A stretch of 64,000 bases of DNA from the human T2T-CHM13v2.0 reference genome, Homo sapiens: assembly GCF_009914755.1 (NCBI RefSeq), contig NC_060930.1; one strand, 5' to 3'. Each line of letters begins with the position of its first letter. The stretch's first letter is position 1. This document shows, in pieces, positions 13,130 to 28,399 of the stretch. Below the pieces are notes generated by a model that was given only the letters and a program-made list of their open reading frames with translations, ran no database searches and was not told the origin of the DNA. The translations under genes and the position numbers were made by a program.

Positions 13130-15000
13130 CATGGGAAATAGTGTGTTGAATTTTCTATATTGTGGTCGCTTCTGACAAATTGTGTGTTCCTAGCAAATTA
13201 TCCATTTAATTCATGTTTTAAAAATTATTTGCAGAAGTTTGTGAAAGGTAGTCTCACTAATTTTTAAAAGTCCTTTATTCAATGGTTATTTTCTCCTAAT
13301 CATTTTTATTTTGTGTTCTTGATATTTGCCTATTTTCTTGAGTTTTTAAAGACCCAATATTTTTACTTATTTATTATTTTTATTATTTTTTCATTTCATT
13401 CATTTTTGCTTTTATCTTCATTACTTATTTTTATTGACATAGTTTTAAGGTGATGATTTTTGCCTCAAATTTCTAATTCAATTGCATCTCCAATATTCCC
13501 TTATATGGCTTTTTTATTATTATTGTTTTAGAAATGCTGTGATGTTATTTACCTTTCCCTTTTCAGCTGAGAGCATTTTTTTATTGCTATATAACATCTA
13601 CAGCACAGTACACAAATTTTAAGTTTATCTCTTGATAAATTTCTACTTATGCATGCACTTTGTAACGACACCCAGATGGAGCTATGGAACATATATGGCA
13701 CCCCCAAAAAGTTTCCTTATGACCTCTACAAATTGGCAACTGCCCATCTCCTTATTACATGATAATTATTATTATAACTTCTATCACTATAGATTAATTT
13801 TGCCTATTTTTTTACCTTAATATTATATGGACCCACATAGGATATACGGCCAATGATATATAAAAGGATGTTCAAACACTTTAGTAATCAGGGAAATACA
13901 AATTAAACCAAAAAATGAAGAATTCTTCCCACCTACATGATGGAAAAACACTTCAAAGTTGACAAATACTTGAAGTGTTGGCAAGGGTGTAGAGTAATGA
14001 AAACTACTCTGGCAGCGTCTCGAAAATAACAGGGCATTATTATATTATAAAACTGAACATGGGCATACACCATACTACCTAGCATTTTAACTTCTAGAAT
14101 TATACCTGAGGGAAATTTCTGCACATGTTCACAGGAAGGCATGTACATGAATGTTTTAGCAGCTTTTTAAAAATAGTAACAAAAATGATGGAAACAACCC
14201 AAATGCCCATCAAATACTTCTCCCTTTACAATAATACACGTAGTGATGAAAATGAACTACTGTACACATCACTATGAAAAGATTTCAGAAATTAATGTTG
14301 AGCAAAAAAGCAGGTTACCAAAGAATATATGTAGTATAGTTTTAGTAATATAATATTTTTAAATGGGCAAAATTATGCAATATGTTGTTTAGAGATACAT
14401 ATGTAGTAAAGCTACCAAAGCAAAGGCAAAATAAAGACAAAAATTGTGGTTTCCTCTGTTGTGGAAAAATGAAGCTAATATGGGGAGGTGGGAGTGGCTC
14501 ACAAGAAGCTTTAACAGATTTTTAAAGCTTCATTTTCTAGGCCCAGTGTATTAGTCCATTCTCACACTGCTAATAAAGACATACCAAAGACTGGGTAATT
14601 TATAAAGAAAAGAGGTTTAATTGACTCACAGTTCAGTCTCCGGAAGGGGAAGCAAACACATTCTCCTTCACAAGGTGGCAGGAGAGAGAAGCGCTGAGGA
14701 AAGGGAGAAAAGCCCCTCATAAAACCATTAGATCTCGTGAGAACTCGCTCACTATCAGAAGAACAGCATGAATGTAACCACACCATGATTCAATTATCTC
14801 CCACCTGGCCCCTCCCATGGCACGTGGGTATTATGGGAACTACAATTCAAGATGAGATTTGGGTGGGGACACAGCCAAACCATATTATTCAGTGATGTTT
14901 AAGTGTTCATTTTAGTATTATTCTTCAAAATGTACTTATGCATTACATGCACTTATCTATGTTTTACATATTTCACAATTGTAAATTTTTTTAAAAAATA
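13130..15000. mobile_element. Old L1 (L1ME/L1MC-type) fragments in both orientations
   Basis: L1 3'-region motifs (gtaatcagggaaatacaaattaaacc; tggaaacaacccaaatgcccatcaa); minus-oriented piece at ~13580-13850. Confidence 0.7.
14547..14887 (-). mobile_element. THE1 (THE1B/C/D-like) MaLR solo LTR with a small internal deletion
   Basis: tgtattagtccattctcacactgctaataaagacatacc...gagatttgggtggggacacagccaaaccata. Confidence 0.92.
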
Positions 15001-15039
15001 CAATGTTGAAGCAATACAAGGACTAGATAAACTCACAAG

Positions 15040-16400
15040 TAACTTCATCAGTTATGCTGGAGAAGGTGAAATATCAGGTTAATGTTGTAAGGTCTTAGTA
15101 TTATTTGTAAAGAATAAAAACTTTTATTAATGTTAGACTTTGAGAAGTAATGCACATTATAATTTCTAGAATAACACAAAAGAAAAAATAGTATATAATT
15201 TTCAAACTAGTAGTGGAAAAAATGAAATGCTAAAAAATATTAATTCAAAGGAATAAAAGAAACGAAATATGAAACAGGGTGCAAATAAAAAGCAGAAAAT
15301 AAGGTGTAAGATTAAAGCCCAGTGATTCCAGAATTACATTCTACATACATGGGCCAAATACTTCTGCAAAGAAATGTTGTCAGACTAGATTTTAAAAATC
15401 CTAATCACAACAGATACATTAAAAAACTAAAGATAGAAATAGGATTAAAGTAAAAATGAAGAAAAAACTATAACAGGTAATTCTAAATGAAAGAATAAAT
15501 TATCCAGGCCGCAACCCTTTCCTGGTAAAAAATAAAAATTAAAATATAAGAAAGAGAGTGAATTATATAATTAACATGCATAATATATAACATGTATATT
15601 TAATATGATTAATATATATTAATATAAAATATAGGCTTTGAGTCTAAAATTTTTACTAAGAATAAAGAGTGTAACTTCATAATGATAAATGTTGAATTTT
15701 TAAATAAGATATCAAATATCAAATTTGTATGTATTTAATAATAGTTCAAAATTTATAAATCTAAAACTGGCAGAGCCACAAAGGCATAAACAATATCTAT
15801 AATTATAGAGTCTCTCTCAAATTGTTGTAATATGTGGGTAAAATAAAAATAAAAATAAGAATACGGAAGGTTTAAAGAATGCAGTTAATGCCTAAAGGAC
15901 ATATATGAAACACGACAGAATATGACAACCAATAAATGCAGAATATACCTTCTAACTTTTCATTCATCTCAAGAATGTTCAGCTTTACCTCAAGGAGGAT
16001 GGTTAAAATTGTTAGTGTAAAGTTTTACCTGATAATTCTAACATCTGTATCATCTTGGAGTTTCCATTTGTTGGTTACTTTTTCTCTTGAAAATTCATTG
16101 TATTTTTTGTATGCTGAGTCATTTTGCATTGTATCCTGGATATTTTAGATGTTATGTTGTGAAACTCTGGATCCTGTTGAAATCCTCTGGAGAGTGTTTT
16201 TTTTCTTTGTGTGCACAGGCAAAGTTCTGGCTTATCTCTTGTATGCAATGTTGGGTTAGTAGCAAACTTTTGCTGTGCTCTTTGTGTCTGCCCCTTGGCT
16301 AAGCCACTCAGAAGTCAGTGTAGGTCTTGTACAGCGGGTTATCTCACAATTTTGTTCTCAAAGCCTTTGCTATGCTTTTTTGACTGTGATTCAGGGCATT
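15040..16400. mobile_element. Old L1 internal fragments: ORF2 endonuclease region on + (~15040-15950) abutting a minus-oriented L1 piece
   Basis: A-rich ORF2-like sequence ending aaatgcagaatatacc, then an abrupt switch to T-rich L1 antisense sequence. Confidence 0.6.
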
Positions 16401-17849
16401 CAGCTAGGGAGTGAGCAGATTCTACAGGTCAGAGTTAGTGCAACTGAAAAAGTGGCGGTTACCATATATTGGGTTCCAGAAATTATCCCTTTCTAACAAT
16501 GCCATTTGCTCAAACAGGAGCTTCCACCATTACATGGTCATATAGATGTTTCCTGATTCTCCATCCTATACATCTGCAGAATGTTGAGGAGGAAAGTCTT
16601 ATCTGGACTGTCAAACATAGCGTGTGCAAACTATCTTTGTCTGACCTTAGCAACGAGATTTGAGTTATTTGTATACCCTCTACTATTTCTTTTTATGTTT
16701 TCCCCTAGTAAGCCCTATTTTATATCTGTTCACATGACATAAGTGGTATGTGCTTTTGACCCATTTGCATAATGCAGACTGAAAAGATTTTTTTCTTCTA
16801 TAGACTATATACTTATTCTAATATTATTTCTAATATTTTTATTCCTAATATTATTTTTATGACTTTATAGACTTCATAGTGATATCAAGTTCCTCCTGAT
16901 ATCTAATCATCATTCTTCTTGCTATAGTTTATTTGTCTAATTATTTCTTGAATACGCTAGTGGAAATTTGTTCTCATTATCAGAGAATATATCAGTATAT
17001 ATCCAGAAACAGTAAAATCCCTGGACAGCCTGCTAATATTGCAGGCTAAATTTCAGACACATTTCTCAAAGTACTTAAATATAAATAGTTATTTCTGCAT
17101 TACAGAAATCAATGTAATTAACTTCTATGTGTTGACTTCTTTCAAATAGATCTTTTTCTTTGATAACACTGAATTACAGTTGACCTATTATTCATGTTAA
17201 GAAGTTACTAGTATCATAAATGCCCTGAACTATCAAAATGCTTCAGAAGAGAACTAAAAATGTTACTTCTTATAATGGAATTTTGATGTCCATGTCTCAT
17301 GCTGCACATTCCTTTATGTTAATACCATAGTAAATGTCATTAACACTGTAGTATTTAATTATACTAAATATTTAATCTTTTAGAAGGACCATCAGATTCA
17401 TTTTCAATATAAATCAAGCACATATGCCCAGATTATTATGGTCAAGGCAGGAAAATCCAGGATGCAAAAGCATAGCAAAAATTTCATATCTGTCTACCTC
17501 CTTTAAGCCACTTACATGACACACATGTTGCAAAGCACTGCAGAGTACAGATAGCAACAGACGTAGTTTGTATTCTTCAGGTCCTTATAGTATAAAGATC
17601 CAAAGACAAGCATACAAATACATAACATTAGACAGATTGTGCTAAGTACCAAAACAGATGTAAAAACAAGAATCACAATTTGGAAGAAGAACATTACTTT
17701 GGAGATCATTTAGTTTAAAACAGTGTTTTTGACTTTGAAGAAATTCTGACCTAGAGAAGTTGAGGAACTTGCCAAGAAAATAAGTCATTTGTTTAGTGGG
17801 AACACTTACAATGGGCCTGGCATGTGGTATGGGTAATTCATGAAGAATG

Positions 17850-19270
<1,421 letters not shown>

Positions 19271-21251
19271 AAGTTACACTTTTAAAATTGTGTCTACCCT
19301 GAGAACCCAGGGTTGCAGAAGACACTGTGTCTCACAGTGTGTCTCATAGAAACTGATGAAACATGATGGCTTCAGGAAGTCCACTAGCAAGCACAAGCCT
19401 AGGAACTAAACCTAAAATGAGCTAAATCCCTAACTGTAATGCAGTATCTTCTCCAGCTCCATTGCAGTTCAGGCTCTTATCTCACATTCCATGATGAACA
19501 GGTGGGCTTCCGTTAGAAAGACAAGTGGAGAACTTTTAAAAATCTATACAATATTTGTGACTTCTACTTCTCTGCATGAACTATCATTAGCCTGGTAAAA
19601 GTTTCAGAATCTCTCAGGCACACAAGATTCTCTATTCCAAGTGTGCTACTCAGGATGAATGTCTACAGATCAAAGCAAGAGGAGCAACGGGGTCACACAA
19701 ACCATTCACCTAAATAGAGAGACTGCCATCAAAGTTCATTCTTATCAGAACTCATGAAATGAAAAAGCAGAATGTTCTCCAGGTGGTCCTGTCTTCAGAG
19801 AAGAAATTTCAGGATGTTGGAAAAAGTGTTATCTATTGTAACACATCTAACAAAGGAAACACAAAGGTGCCATGAAATGCAGGCCAAAGCAAGATAAAAA
19901 TCTCAATTCCCAATTCCGTCTGATTCTTCCCTATCAAAGCCTATTAACAGAAGTAACTGTAATGAAAATGTGAAAATTATAAAGAAATGGGAAATAGAAG
20001 GTATCTGATGATTATATACTTCTAAGTTAATTGCATTATCTCCATCTTAGGCCACCTGGCCTAAGTTATGTTTCTATAAAAAATTTAAATAATTAATGTC
20101 CTTAATATATAAGGAATTTTATAGTCAGAAAAAGTCAGTTTCAACTTCATATTCAGTGTGTAACATCTTTCTAAACAATTTACATTGTTAATACATATAC
20201 TATTACTCAATTAATATTTCACTATCTTTTTCACAGGTTATCAAAAAGGGCTTCAATCAAATATTTTGTGGACTACACTTTTCGTTTTTATTTTATTTAC
20301 CACCAGTCTAGAAACACTGTTTTTTAAAAAAGGAAATGATGCTATCTTGGTATATCTTATCTAAATGACTCATTAATTCATTTAATGTTTACTACATTAT
20401 TTCCCCAAAGTTGAAAATTTCTCTGCTTAATGATCCAAATGGAATTTTTTCAAGAAGCAAAGTCTACCTCTATTTTTTAATCTACTTTTAAATGATTTAT
20501 CTGTTTTTCTTTTTTCAAATTGGAGACTACAATGACCATCTCTGGTCTTCTGAAAAACTCTTATTCCCTGTGATCTCTAAAACATGACAGCAAAATCTTT
20601 TAAACAACATCTTAGGCAATTTTTCAACCCTTGACTTGTTTTGTTTTCTTCAGTGAATGCTGTGCCATACAAATGGATGCCACACAATTTAAAAAATCAA
20701 TTTCAGTCTAGGTCTTGAAGAGTCCTAGTTGAAGCGGGAAATTTTGTTATCAGGGACTTTGGAAATGGCCTTCTCTCTGATATTAGGAATCTGTTTGCAC
20801 TGCACAACTCTTGTGCTGACCAAAAACTCCTGTGCTATTGGTAAAGTATCTATGGTAATGTTAAATCCTTGTATTCCCTACTCATCTTCAATATAGGCCT
20901 GAGTTAATAGGTTGGGTTCCCACTTTCACATGTATATGTTAGTCCTTAGTTATCTCAGTTCTTTTTAAAAAATCTTAAACAGTTGAGCCTCCTGAGACAT
21001 CAACTTAAATGAAAGCCAGTCATCGAGGTCTCGTTGACTTAGCGAATTGTAATACTGTAAGTCCCCGTTCCCTAGGAAATGTGAAGGGGTGGGGATTCTG
21101 CCAACTTACAAATTGAACAACTAATCAGATTCCCTTGCTGCTAAACCCTGCATTTGAGATTAAGTTGGTGTCAATGCTTACTTGAGTCTTGTTTGAGTCG
21201 TCTTTAAACACTTGTTCCTCTCATTGAGGCCAATGTTTGCTGTCAAGTTAC

Positions 21252-21340
21252 CTTTCTCCTGTATGCTTGTCCTCAGCTTCCTGCTCACTCTTTGTTCCCA
21301 ACTTCTCTATTGCACTCTGCATTTTCAAGTGCTGGAGCAT
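21252..21340 (-). other. Candidate alternative first/cassette exon with an open ATG frame (29 codons) ending at an AAG|GTAACT donor
   Basis: Minus-strand translation MLQHLKMQSAIEKLGTKSEQEAEDKHTGE; purine-rich unique sequence; no homology recognised. Confidence 0.25.
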
Positions 21341-23290
21341 GCCCTATACCTTAACCTGCCTAACTAATGACACAATTCACTTATCTTGAAGTGGAAATTT
21401 TAACACAGTTAAGGATTACATGTTCTTTTACTTCCTTTCCTATCTATCTTGGATTTAATTATTTAATTGTACCTGACTCTTTCCAATATGGGGGAAATCA
21501 TTCAAAATTCAAGTTGAATATATTGTGAAAAGAGTGACTTTAGCCCGTACTAGTGCTCCATCGGGCACCCATGCCACTGTAAATTTTCTTGAGAGCAATA
21601 TATGTCCAGGAAACAAAATCATACAAATGCATAAATTTGCCCCATAAATGTAGGACAGAGAGATCCTTAGCTATCCTCCCTCACCTTGTCATTCTCTTTA
21701 TGTATGAGTGGTACCATTAGAAATAACTACCCTTTCCCAAGAATTAAGTCTCTCAATTCTTCAAGCCCTTCAAACTACTCCTGGGGATTGGCCACTTATT
21801 TCCCCAAAGCCTTGTATTCAGTGGGTATTTCGTCCTAGATGATTTAGTAAATAATTTGATGCTGTGATTTCTGAAGTCCTATCAATTAATATAAACAGGA
21901 TTTTCACTGTTTTCCATTCCACCCGGGCACATATTAGACCCTTTGCTTCCCTCCTTTGTCATGATAGACTGTGGTCTGCAACCATGTCTCTTCATTTGCT
22001 CTATCATTCGGCCAACGAACTAACCCTGCTTGATTTAAGCAGAAAATGGATTTGTTAAACAGGTATTGGGGAACTCACACAACTTAAAGGCTATGCAGCA
22101 AGAAACAATGATTAAATCACACCGTAAATGTAGTCTGGTGAAAACACAATTGCCACCTGTGCTGTGCACTTAGCTGGGAAAGAGACTATTTCATATTTTC
22201 AACTTTAATGGTGGGAGGCAAGTTCTGCCTCATGTGGTGGGAATTCTACAAACATGGAAAAGAAACTGTTGTGTTAGGTGACCATAAGGTGCACTACACT
22301 GTGGCAGACAAAACAAAAAAAAGAAAGAAAAACCCAAACTCCTTGATTTGGTCTGCATTTTTTAATAGTGGATATTAGTAGATATATTAATTTTGAATGA
22401 CTTATATCCTATCTAATAATTAGCAAAAACCTCCATGTGTCACATAAATTTATAACAGAACAAAATGACAAATCATGGACTCTTGTTTTAAAACTGTAGA
22501 GGATTGGATCAAAAGTATCATAGGGATGATATGAGGATTTTCAATTTTTCAACATTTCCATACTCAATGGTTCCAGAATTTACACCACTGAACATTCCAA
22601 TAGATGTCCAGTGGTTCCAGAATTTATAAAGAGGAGTATAAACCAATGAGAAATTAAATTTCACTTGATAGATTTAATCATTTCCATTAGCTTTATTTAG
22701 GTTTATTGTTCAGGTTTCATTGAATTTATTTTCATGGAAAATGTAAATATAAAAGGGAAAATGTTTGGATAGACTACTACAGTTCTGTGTTGTGCTGCCT
22801 ATTCTAGTTTAAAGGATAAATAGAAATCAATGAGAAGTGTGCTACATCTATGGGGTTGTCATGTTTCTCAAGAGACATGAAATGACATATCTCATCCTGC
22901 TATGCCAGCATTCTACACATTCTGTCAGCTATGACTTGCTACTGAGATTGGCCTCTGCACCTCTTTCAACTCTGTGCTTTAGCTGATTCTTTCTGCCTGC
23001 TTTCAATTTTTTGCTCTTGTCACTGTCTGGTCACTCTCTAATAGCAAATCAACATTGATAGACAAGATTCCATGTAATTCAAGACTTGGATTGTTTCTAT
23101 CATTATAAAATGCACATTTAACATGGAACACTTTTGTAGTTTCAAGATATCATTGGTAATTCATTAACATTTTTACTAATAGAAAGTTGCTTTTCCCAGA
23201 GAAATTTAGAATTAGAGACAAATTCCCTCTAGCAATAACCAGAGACAAAACCAACTTAAGAAAAACAAGACAAAAAAAGAGAAGTTCCTT

Positions 23291-23434
23291 GGCCAGGCAA
23301 GGTGGATCACGCCTGTAATCCCAACACTTTGGGAGGCCTAGGCAGGTGGATCGCTTGAGCACAGGAGTTCAAGACCAGCCTGGGAAACATAGTGAGACCT
23401 TGTCTTTATTTTTTTTTAATTTAAAAAATTATAT
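23291..23434 (+). mobile_element. Free left Alu monomer (FLAM_C/AluJ left arm)
   Basis: Single Alu arm; TSD aaaaaaagag(a/t)agttcc on both sides. Confidence 0.88.
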
Positions 23435-23463
23435 AAAAAAAGAGTAGTTCCCAAAACATAGTA

Positions 23464-23787
23464 TAATTGGCCCTCTGTATTCATGGGATCCATGTCCTTG
23501 GAATTAACCAATGATGGATCAAAATATTTGCATCTGTACTGAACTTATACTGACTTTTTTTCTTGCCATTATTCCCTAAGGAACACAGTCTAACAACTAC
23601 TCACATAGCATTTACACTGTATCAGCTATTATAAGTAATCTATGGGAGATTTAAAGTATACAGGAGAATGTGCATAAGCGATATGCAAATAGTAGCCCAT
23701 TTTATTTCAGGGACTTGAGCGTCCTCAGATTTTGGTATCTGAGGGAGGCCCTGGAACTAATCTCCCATAGATACCAAGGGATGATTG
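23464..23787 (+). mobile_element. MER2 (Tigger-type) DNA transposon
   Basis: TA-flanked; MER2 motifs gggacttgagcgtcctcagattttggtatc and ataccaagggatgattg. Confidence 0.88.
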
Positions 23788-26669
23788 TACCTGTTTTAGG
23801 ATTCTTTCTCATCAGATATTGTAAGCTTATTCATCATGATCTCAAGAGAAACAACTTTAGATGATTGATCAAAGTTCCATGTGTTTGTGCATTTGTTTCT
23901 CTATCAATGTGGCCTAATTGTCTTATCTACCAACTGCTGCAGTAATTCCATAAAGATTCGATCCCCCTCAACTTTTATTTGCTTTTCTCTTTAACTTTTG
24001 TAGTTCTAATGATTCTAAGAAATTTGCCCTTTTGGAGTATTCACCGCACAGGAGCACTATAGTTCATATATTAGTTTTGAATTTTTTATCTAGATGAGTA
24101 AAAATAAAAAAGTAGAAACCTTTAGGCAGTTATATATTCAGAGACTGTTTCTGTATTGTAGAAAACCATAAGATAAGAGCAATTTTGTTTTGGAGAAAAG
24201 AATATATATTTACAAATTAATTACCTTTTTTAAAAAACATATTAGGTAACTTTGCAAAGTAAGATATATATGCTCCTATTTGTAAATTGGTTAACAAATA
24301 GCTTAAATCCTTGACATTTCAAATGTTTGCATTGAGTCCCAAAAACCAATTTGAAAATAAAAAGCATAATTAAATCTGCCAATTTTATTCAAATGTCCAA
24401 AACATTCTAGTTGAATTTTGACAGAGGTGATCATTCCACATTTTGTACCTTACTAAAACTGAGAGTTGTCTTATCTGGAAAGCCAGTGATTTGACAATTT
24501 TCCTCTTGCTCCCCTAAATTTGCTTTCTTATTGTCTGATAGGTGCACTTTTTACCCAGAAGTGGCTCAGTAATGCTTGCTTTGGATTACAGTCCTAAGCA
24601 ATATTTTTGAAAAGATTGGAAATAAAATTTCTATAGAAACTAACAATATGATACAATCTTGAAAGGTTGGAACTGGACTAAGGGGATTATTTAAGAACAA
24701 CTGATAAATGTGTTGAATCCTCTTCAGAACAGTGTATGGTTGGGTCAGTTGGGATGAGACTAATTCTTCAGGGTGTTGTAGAAGTGGCTATACTGAAGGA
24801 TGCTTTATTTTGCCCTTCATCAGGTTCAGTATTGCCTAATTATGTTTTAGCTCTTGAGAAGTGTCAAATGGCCTGAATACTAAGACTTCGCTGCTCCCAG
24901 TAGCCACTGAATCCTGGCATTGGGTAGTTAAATATTTTCCTAGAGTAATAAACACATTTTCAACTACACGGCAAGAAGAAAAAAATAAACCAGAAGTTTA
25001 ATTAAGTATAGGTAGAACAATTAAGGAATAGAAAAATATAGGTTAAAGCACTTAAAGTGGCCTCTTACATAAAGCTTGTTGATAATAGGTGATATATTAA
25101 ACAGTGTTTTGAGATACTACTGTCCTACATAAATTTAAAGTATTATAATTTTGAAGCATTGATGACATTTTTCAATGTGAAACTTCCAAAGATTTTTGTC
25201 AGAATAATCAAAAGTGATTACTCTTTTTGTAGCTAATAAATATTTTTAAAGGTTATGTAGGAATATAACATGAATAATATGGTGAGTTGTCAAGCATGAA
25301 GGATGTCTTTTTATGAACAAAATTCCAGTTAACTAAATCAATCTGTGTTCTCATTCTTTTAAAAACCCTTGTAAAATTTTATTTCCTTTCTTTTAATTAT
25401 TTCTAAATAGTTACACATGCACAATAAACTCAACTGGAGGAATATTTAAATTGACCAAAAAGGGCAGTACAAATGATTAGCTGAAATGTATAATGTAATC
25501 TTTAAGCCGTGAAAAAATGCAGATAGCAAAAACATTTTGTTTTAAAATATTTTCCATTCAATACTAAAAGATACTTTTGGTATTAAAACTGTTAACTGGA
25601 ATCTTGTTCTTTTTATAAAATACTGATTTTATTAAAATTAGATTGTTTCTAAAATACACTGGAGTTCATTATACACCAAGATTACACTTACTGCGAATTT
25701 ATGCTGCTGATTCATAAGCACCAGAGAACGAAGTTCATAATGAAACCACTGACATCATTGTGTTTAAATGTACATAAACCTTTGCTATTATGATCTGTTT
25801 TATATTTCATATTTACCTATGAATGATTTATTTTCCATAAGAAACTCTAATATGGCAAATGAACAACAGCTGTTGCAAAGCGTGCTTATTTTCTGAGGGA
25901 ATGGGGGAAGAAACAGCCAATTTAGAACTTTAACCAATAAACTAAAAACACTAAAAAGTAAGTTTTCCTTCCCCCTGCTGGGAATTAACTTTACGTACCA
26001 TTGAGAATCAGAAGACTTGGTTGCAGTTCTAGAGGCCAAAACTAGATGGTGCTCTACAGTTGTCAGTACTTCAAGTCAATTCCAGACGTTTAGAGTAATG
26101 GAATTTAAGGGCTTTATTAAGGATGTATTTCATGAGTTTCATATTTGATTCTTCTTCTTTCTCCTTCCACAGACTTTCTTAGGGGATAAGAAAGTGGATA
26201 ACATTCAGAATTAGCATGGCTCTAAGTGCTTTACAAGCATATTTTTCTCTTTTGATTGCCTTAGTTATTTCCTGCCCCACTTCTCAGCCCTTATCCATCA
26301 CTTGTAAAATTATGAGACATACCAGTATCAGATGAAGAAATAAAGCCTAGAGTAATAGTTAAGGGAAATATTTCGTGTTATGCAAGTCAAACTCTTGGCC
26401 AGAATTAACATTCAGGTCTTTGCTTTATCAAGACTAGCTACCTTACCTAACAAGGCGAGAAAGTACAGGCAGTAAGACTAAATTCATTTTGGGGAAGGAG
26501 AAGAGCCAGTAGTAACACATGGTTGTTGTTTCTTCCATCTTCATAGCAGTTTTTGCTCCCTTTCCTGAATATTCTCATTGTTCCCTGTCCACCCTTCTGA
26601 GGATATGTTGATAGAAGAGCAGAAAAAAAGAATAGGAAGGGGGATAAAATGTTCACAAACAAGCATACT

Positions 26670-26870
26670 CCACATGCCAGGCACTGATTTAAACATTTTA
26701 CATATGTTTTCATATTTATCTTTTGAAGAAATCTAAGAAGGCATAAGTGAATGACCTCCCTTTTACATATGAGGAGTTTGGCACTCAGATTAGTAACTCC
26801 TCAAAGTCAGTAAGTAAGTGCCATTCTAAGGATTTGGCCATAAGTTTGTCTAATTCTAGAACCAATCGGG
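26670..26870 (-). mobile_element. MIR SINE fragment
   Basis: catgccaggcactg...ttttacatatgagg...cagtaagtaagtg. Confidence 0.55.
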
Positions 26871-28399
26871 TTTTCTACAACTACAATTGTGACATTAAAA
26901 AAAAAAAACCCAAAATTGGTTATAGTCTCTTTCCTAGTGCCTGTTTACATTGAGCATGGCATGATTCTAGGTTTATACTGTTCAATGTACTGTCCTATGT
27001 ATTATCTCATTTAATCTAATAGCCAACTCTGTCACACTATGAATAAAAGTGAAATTTCCAAACTTAACTCTCTAATCAGTGGCAGTACCTAGTTAACAGC
27101 CTAAGTATTTTCATAATAAATTTTAGTTTTACAGTAGAACTTAAGCACGTGAAAATGATCAACTTGTACATTTTTACTATTTGCTTTATTTCTTATAATT
27201 GATATAAATGATCTTAATTTACAATTTTCCTAGTCACTAAGGGATCAACAATATGTATTAATACCATAATTTCTCAAAAATACAAATAAAAACTCTTCCA
27301 ATTAAATTTTTAACAATTGTCTATATTTACATTCATTATACCATATATACTGTGAAGAATATAAACAAATAGAAGATGATTTTTTCCGTCAAGTTTTTAA
27401 TAAATGACTGGGTAAGACATATATGAAGATTCATTCATTAAACACTTAATTACTGACTACTGTGCAAAACCATCCTTGACACTGCAGGAGCCAGAAGGAC
27501 AACCAAGTCAGAGCCCCTGACCAAAAGGACTGATGAACAAGGACGTGCCCAGGTACTGCCACACCCAGTCATGGATTCCTTTGTCTAGACACAATCTTGG
27601 AGAAACCACTTGCCATTTGAGGGAAATGCCATTGAATTTAGGATAAGACCTTCATTTCCTGTTCGGTATATTCAAAACCCATATCAGAAGAGGAACTCTT
27701 AAAATTGCCCCATCACCAGATGTAAAGCCAAGTTTCTTCCTTCCTCAACCTTCCACCTACTTTTGCCTCGTTTGTCATGATTGCCATGTATTTGGAGACT
27801 TGAAGAAAGTGTTTATATAAGTGTAATTCATTGTTGATTGTGTTGCATGGCTTAAAGTCTTTAGTTTCTCCATTGATTTCTGAATATTATCCACTTTCTG
27901 ACTGATAATTCAGAACCTTAGCAGCTGACCCCCATGTGACCTTTATTTTGCTCAGTGAGACCATTTTCTAATGGCTAATTATTAGGATGGTCTTATTCCT
28001 AACCAATTTGTCTTTTCCACTTCTCCAATTCGTTCCACTAAAATTAATTTTACAGTTGACATTTTATAGTATTTCATTAGCTTTTCTGAACCTTTGATTA
28101 CAATACTATCACATAAACTGAGAATGATGTTCATACTGAAAAGAAAAGCTATTGTTAACATGTAACTTTTGTCAGAAGTGTAATTTTTAACATTGTCATT
28201 TTCCATGGTAAGTACAGGAGCCTTGATGGGTTAAGGATCAGTTTTACTTTCCTTTATTACAGAACAAATCTGGAATGTACTCCCAGAGTCAGAAAGTCAG
28301 TGAACATTGGTGTCTAAGTAAGTTAGTATTATATATATACAGTTGACTTCTGGCGCCAAAACTTCTTAGCCGTCTAGGTCAACTTTTATTCCTTGTACA

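Noticed and set aside
16462-16473. ccatatattgg as a CArG box
   Set aside because: Seven A/T between CC and GG rather than six; isolated motif
19320-19900. Stretch resembling a decayed processed pseudogene, with a short hairpin at 19322-19340
   Set aside because: The frames I translated contain stops and match no protein I recognise; no poly(A) tail or TSD. A BLASTX/Dfam search would settle it
28351-28360. E2F-like tggcgccaaa
   Set aside because: Single motif outside promoter context; expected by chance
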